This document shows positions 63,321 to 64,000 of a stretch of DNA of 64,000 bases, piece after piece. Within the stretch, counting starts at the first letter, position 1; each line of letters opens with the position of its first letter. Under the pieces are notes generated by a model. The model had not been told where the DNA came from, did no database searches, and saw nothing but the letters and a program-made list of their open reading frames with translations. This stretch comes from an uncultured Pelagibacteraceae bacterium (GTDB taxonomy: Bacteria > Pseudomonadota > Alphaproteobacteria > Pelagibacterales > AG-422-B15): NCBI GenBank assembly GCA_902521655.1, contig CABYSM010000003.1, positions 15,297 through 79,296 on the forward strand, given 5' to 3'. The position numbers and the translations under genes were made by a program.

Positions 63321-64000
63321 AAAACTAATTCCGTAATTACTTGAAATAATATTTTTAGATCTTGATCTCTAGACAAACTATGATCACCATCTTCAATTAT
63401 ATTCAATTGTTTATTTTTGCTTTCAATCTTATTAATAATTTTTTCTGATGTCTCAAAACTTACAACTTGGTCTAGTCGCCCATGAAGCAATCTTATAGGG
63501 CAGTTTATTTTAATTGGCTCGTGCAGTATCTTATTCTTCTTGCCGTCTTCTAAGAATTTATAAGTTATCGTGTAATCTTCTGAATATTTATCCCAATTGA
63601 TAATTATTTTTCCTTCTTTTTTAATTTTATTTTTTTGTTCTTCACTTAACCTATTCCACTCTCCAACTACAAAGTCAGGAGCCGATGCGATGCCTACTAA
63701 TCCATTGATCGTTAAAGGGTTTCTCCTTGCTACTATTAAGGAAATCCAACCTCCCATACTTGACCCAATAATTATATTAATCTTTGATTTACACAAATTG
63801 AATATTTCGTGAGCTTCTTCTGACCACTTGCTAATACCTCCATCTTCAAACTCCCCCTCCGATGATCCATGGCCCGAATAATCGAATCTTATGAAATTTA
63901 AATTATTTGTTTTACACCATGAACTTAAAGCAGTTGCTTTTGTTCCAGTCATACTGGAGCTGTAGCCTCCGAAAAAAAATATTGAAATCTCAGAATTATG
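63317..64000 (-). CDS. Alpha/beta-fold hydrolase, N-terminus beyond window end
   Basis: The nucleophile elbow is GSSMGG, with a C-terminal DGDHSL. The reading frame stays open upstream of the listed Met to base 64000 (…HNSEISIFFFGGYSSSMTGTKA), so the true start is outside the window. Confidence 0.7.
   Translation of the reverse strand, partial: HNSEISIFFFGGYSSSMTGTKATALSSWCKTNNLNFIRFDYSGHGSSEGEFEDGGISKWSEEAHEIFNLCKSKINIIIGSSMGGWISLIVARRNPLTINGLVGIASAPDFVVGEWNRLSEEQKNKIKKEGKIIINWDKYSEDYTITYKFLEDGKKNKILHEPIKINCPIRLLHGRLDQVVSFETSEKIINKIESKNKQLNIIEDGDHSLSRDQDLKILFQVITELVL

Noticed and set aside
1-64000. CRISPR arrays, transposases/IS elements, prophage or defence-system genes, rRNA operons
   Set aside because: I looked for regularly spaced direct repeats, terminal inverted repeats, integrase/transposase/nuclease-helicase-type ORFs and rRNA-like conserved stretches, and found none. 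Essentially every ORF over 60 aa that is not an antisense shadow has a metabolic, transport or housekeeping assignment.

Overview
The window is a visibly AT-rich, very gene-dense bacterial chromosome segment. Most intergenic spacers are under 110 nt, and many gene pairs share 1-4 nt start/stop overlaps (TAATG junctions). Gene order points to an alphaproteobacterium: trpFBA-accD-folC, cmk-rpsA-ihfB, kpsF-lptC-lptA-lptB, gltD-gltB and an NDUFA9-like gene. The streamlined style resembles a marine Pelagibacterales (SAR11)-type genome. That is an inference from composition and synteny; no search was run. I call about 66 CDS, two of them truncated at the window edges, and one tRNA-Ala(GGC). I found no rRNA, CRISPR array, transposase, integrase or phage genes.

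The right-hand 28 kb (36.4-64 kb) is ordinary core housekeeping. The left-hand 36 kb looks accessory and metabolic, in three parts:
1. A small lysine/cadaverine-type set at 3.3-6.7 kb: a PuuD-like hydrolase, glutaryl-CoA dehydrogenase and a class-III aminotransferase.
2. A TetR-headed amine-catabolism island of about 18.7 kb (8.3-27.0 kb). It holds two amine-oxidase/CrtI-fold flavoproteins, a free-standing GcvT-like T-protein, an aminotransferase, a Rieske oxygenase, a DAO-type FAD oxidase and a Pot-type ABC importer. It also holds an amidase, a second oxygenase paralogue with no Rieske ligands, a glutamine-synthetase-like ligase, an AlaX-like zinc domain and a crotonase.
3. A compact six-gene operon of unknown role (30.2-36.4 kb): luciferase-like monooxygenase, ThDP enzyme, 'amino acid synthesis' family protein, alpha/beta hydrolase, aldehyde dehydrogenase and a small Cys/His protein.

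The strongest sequence-level observations are these:
- Two 18-bp 7-N4-7 palindromes share the half-site ATTGAAY and sit in the two promoter gaps of the TetR island.
- A twice-repeated GTCAT-N5-ATGAC palindrome lies upstream of gltDB.
- The Rieske-less oxygenase paralogue has no cysteine in its first 149 residues.

All functional calls rest on motifs read by eye in the supplied translations. No database or HMM search was possible.
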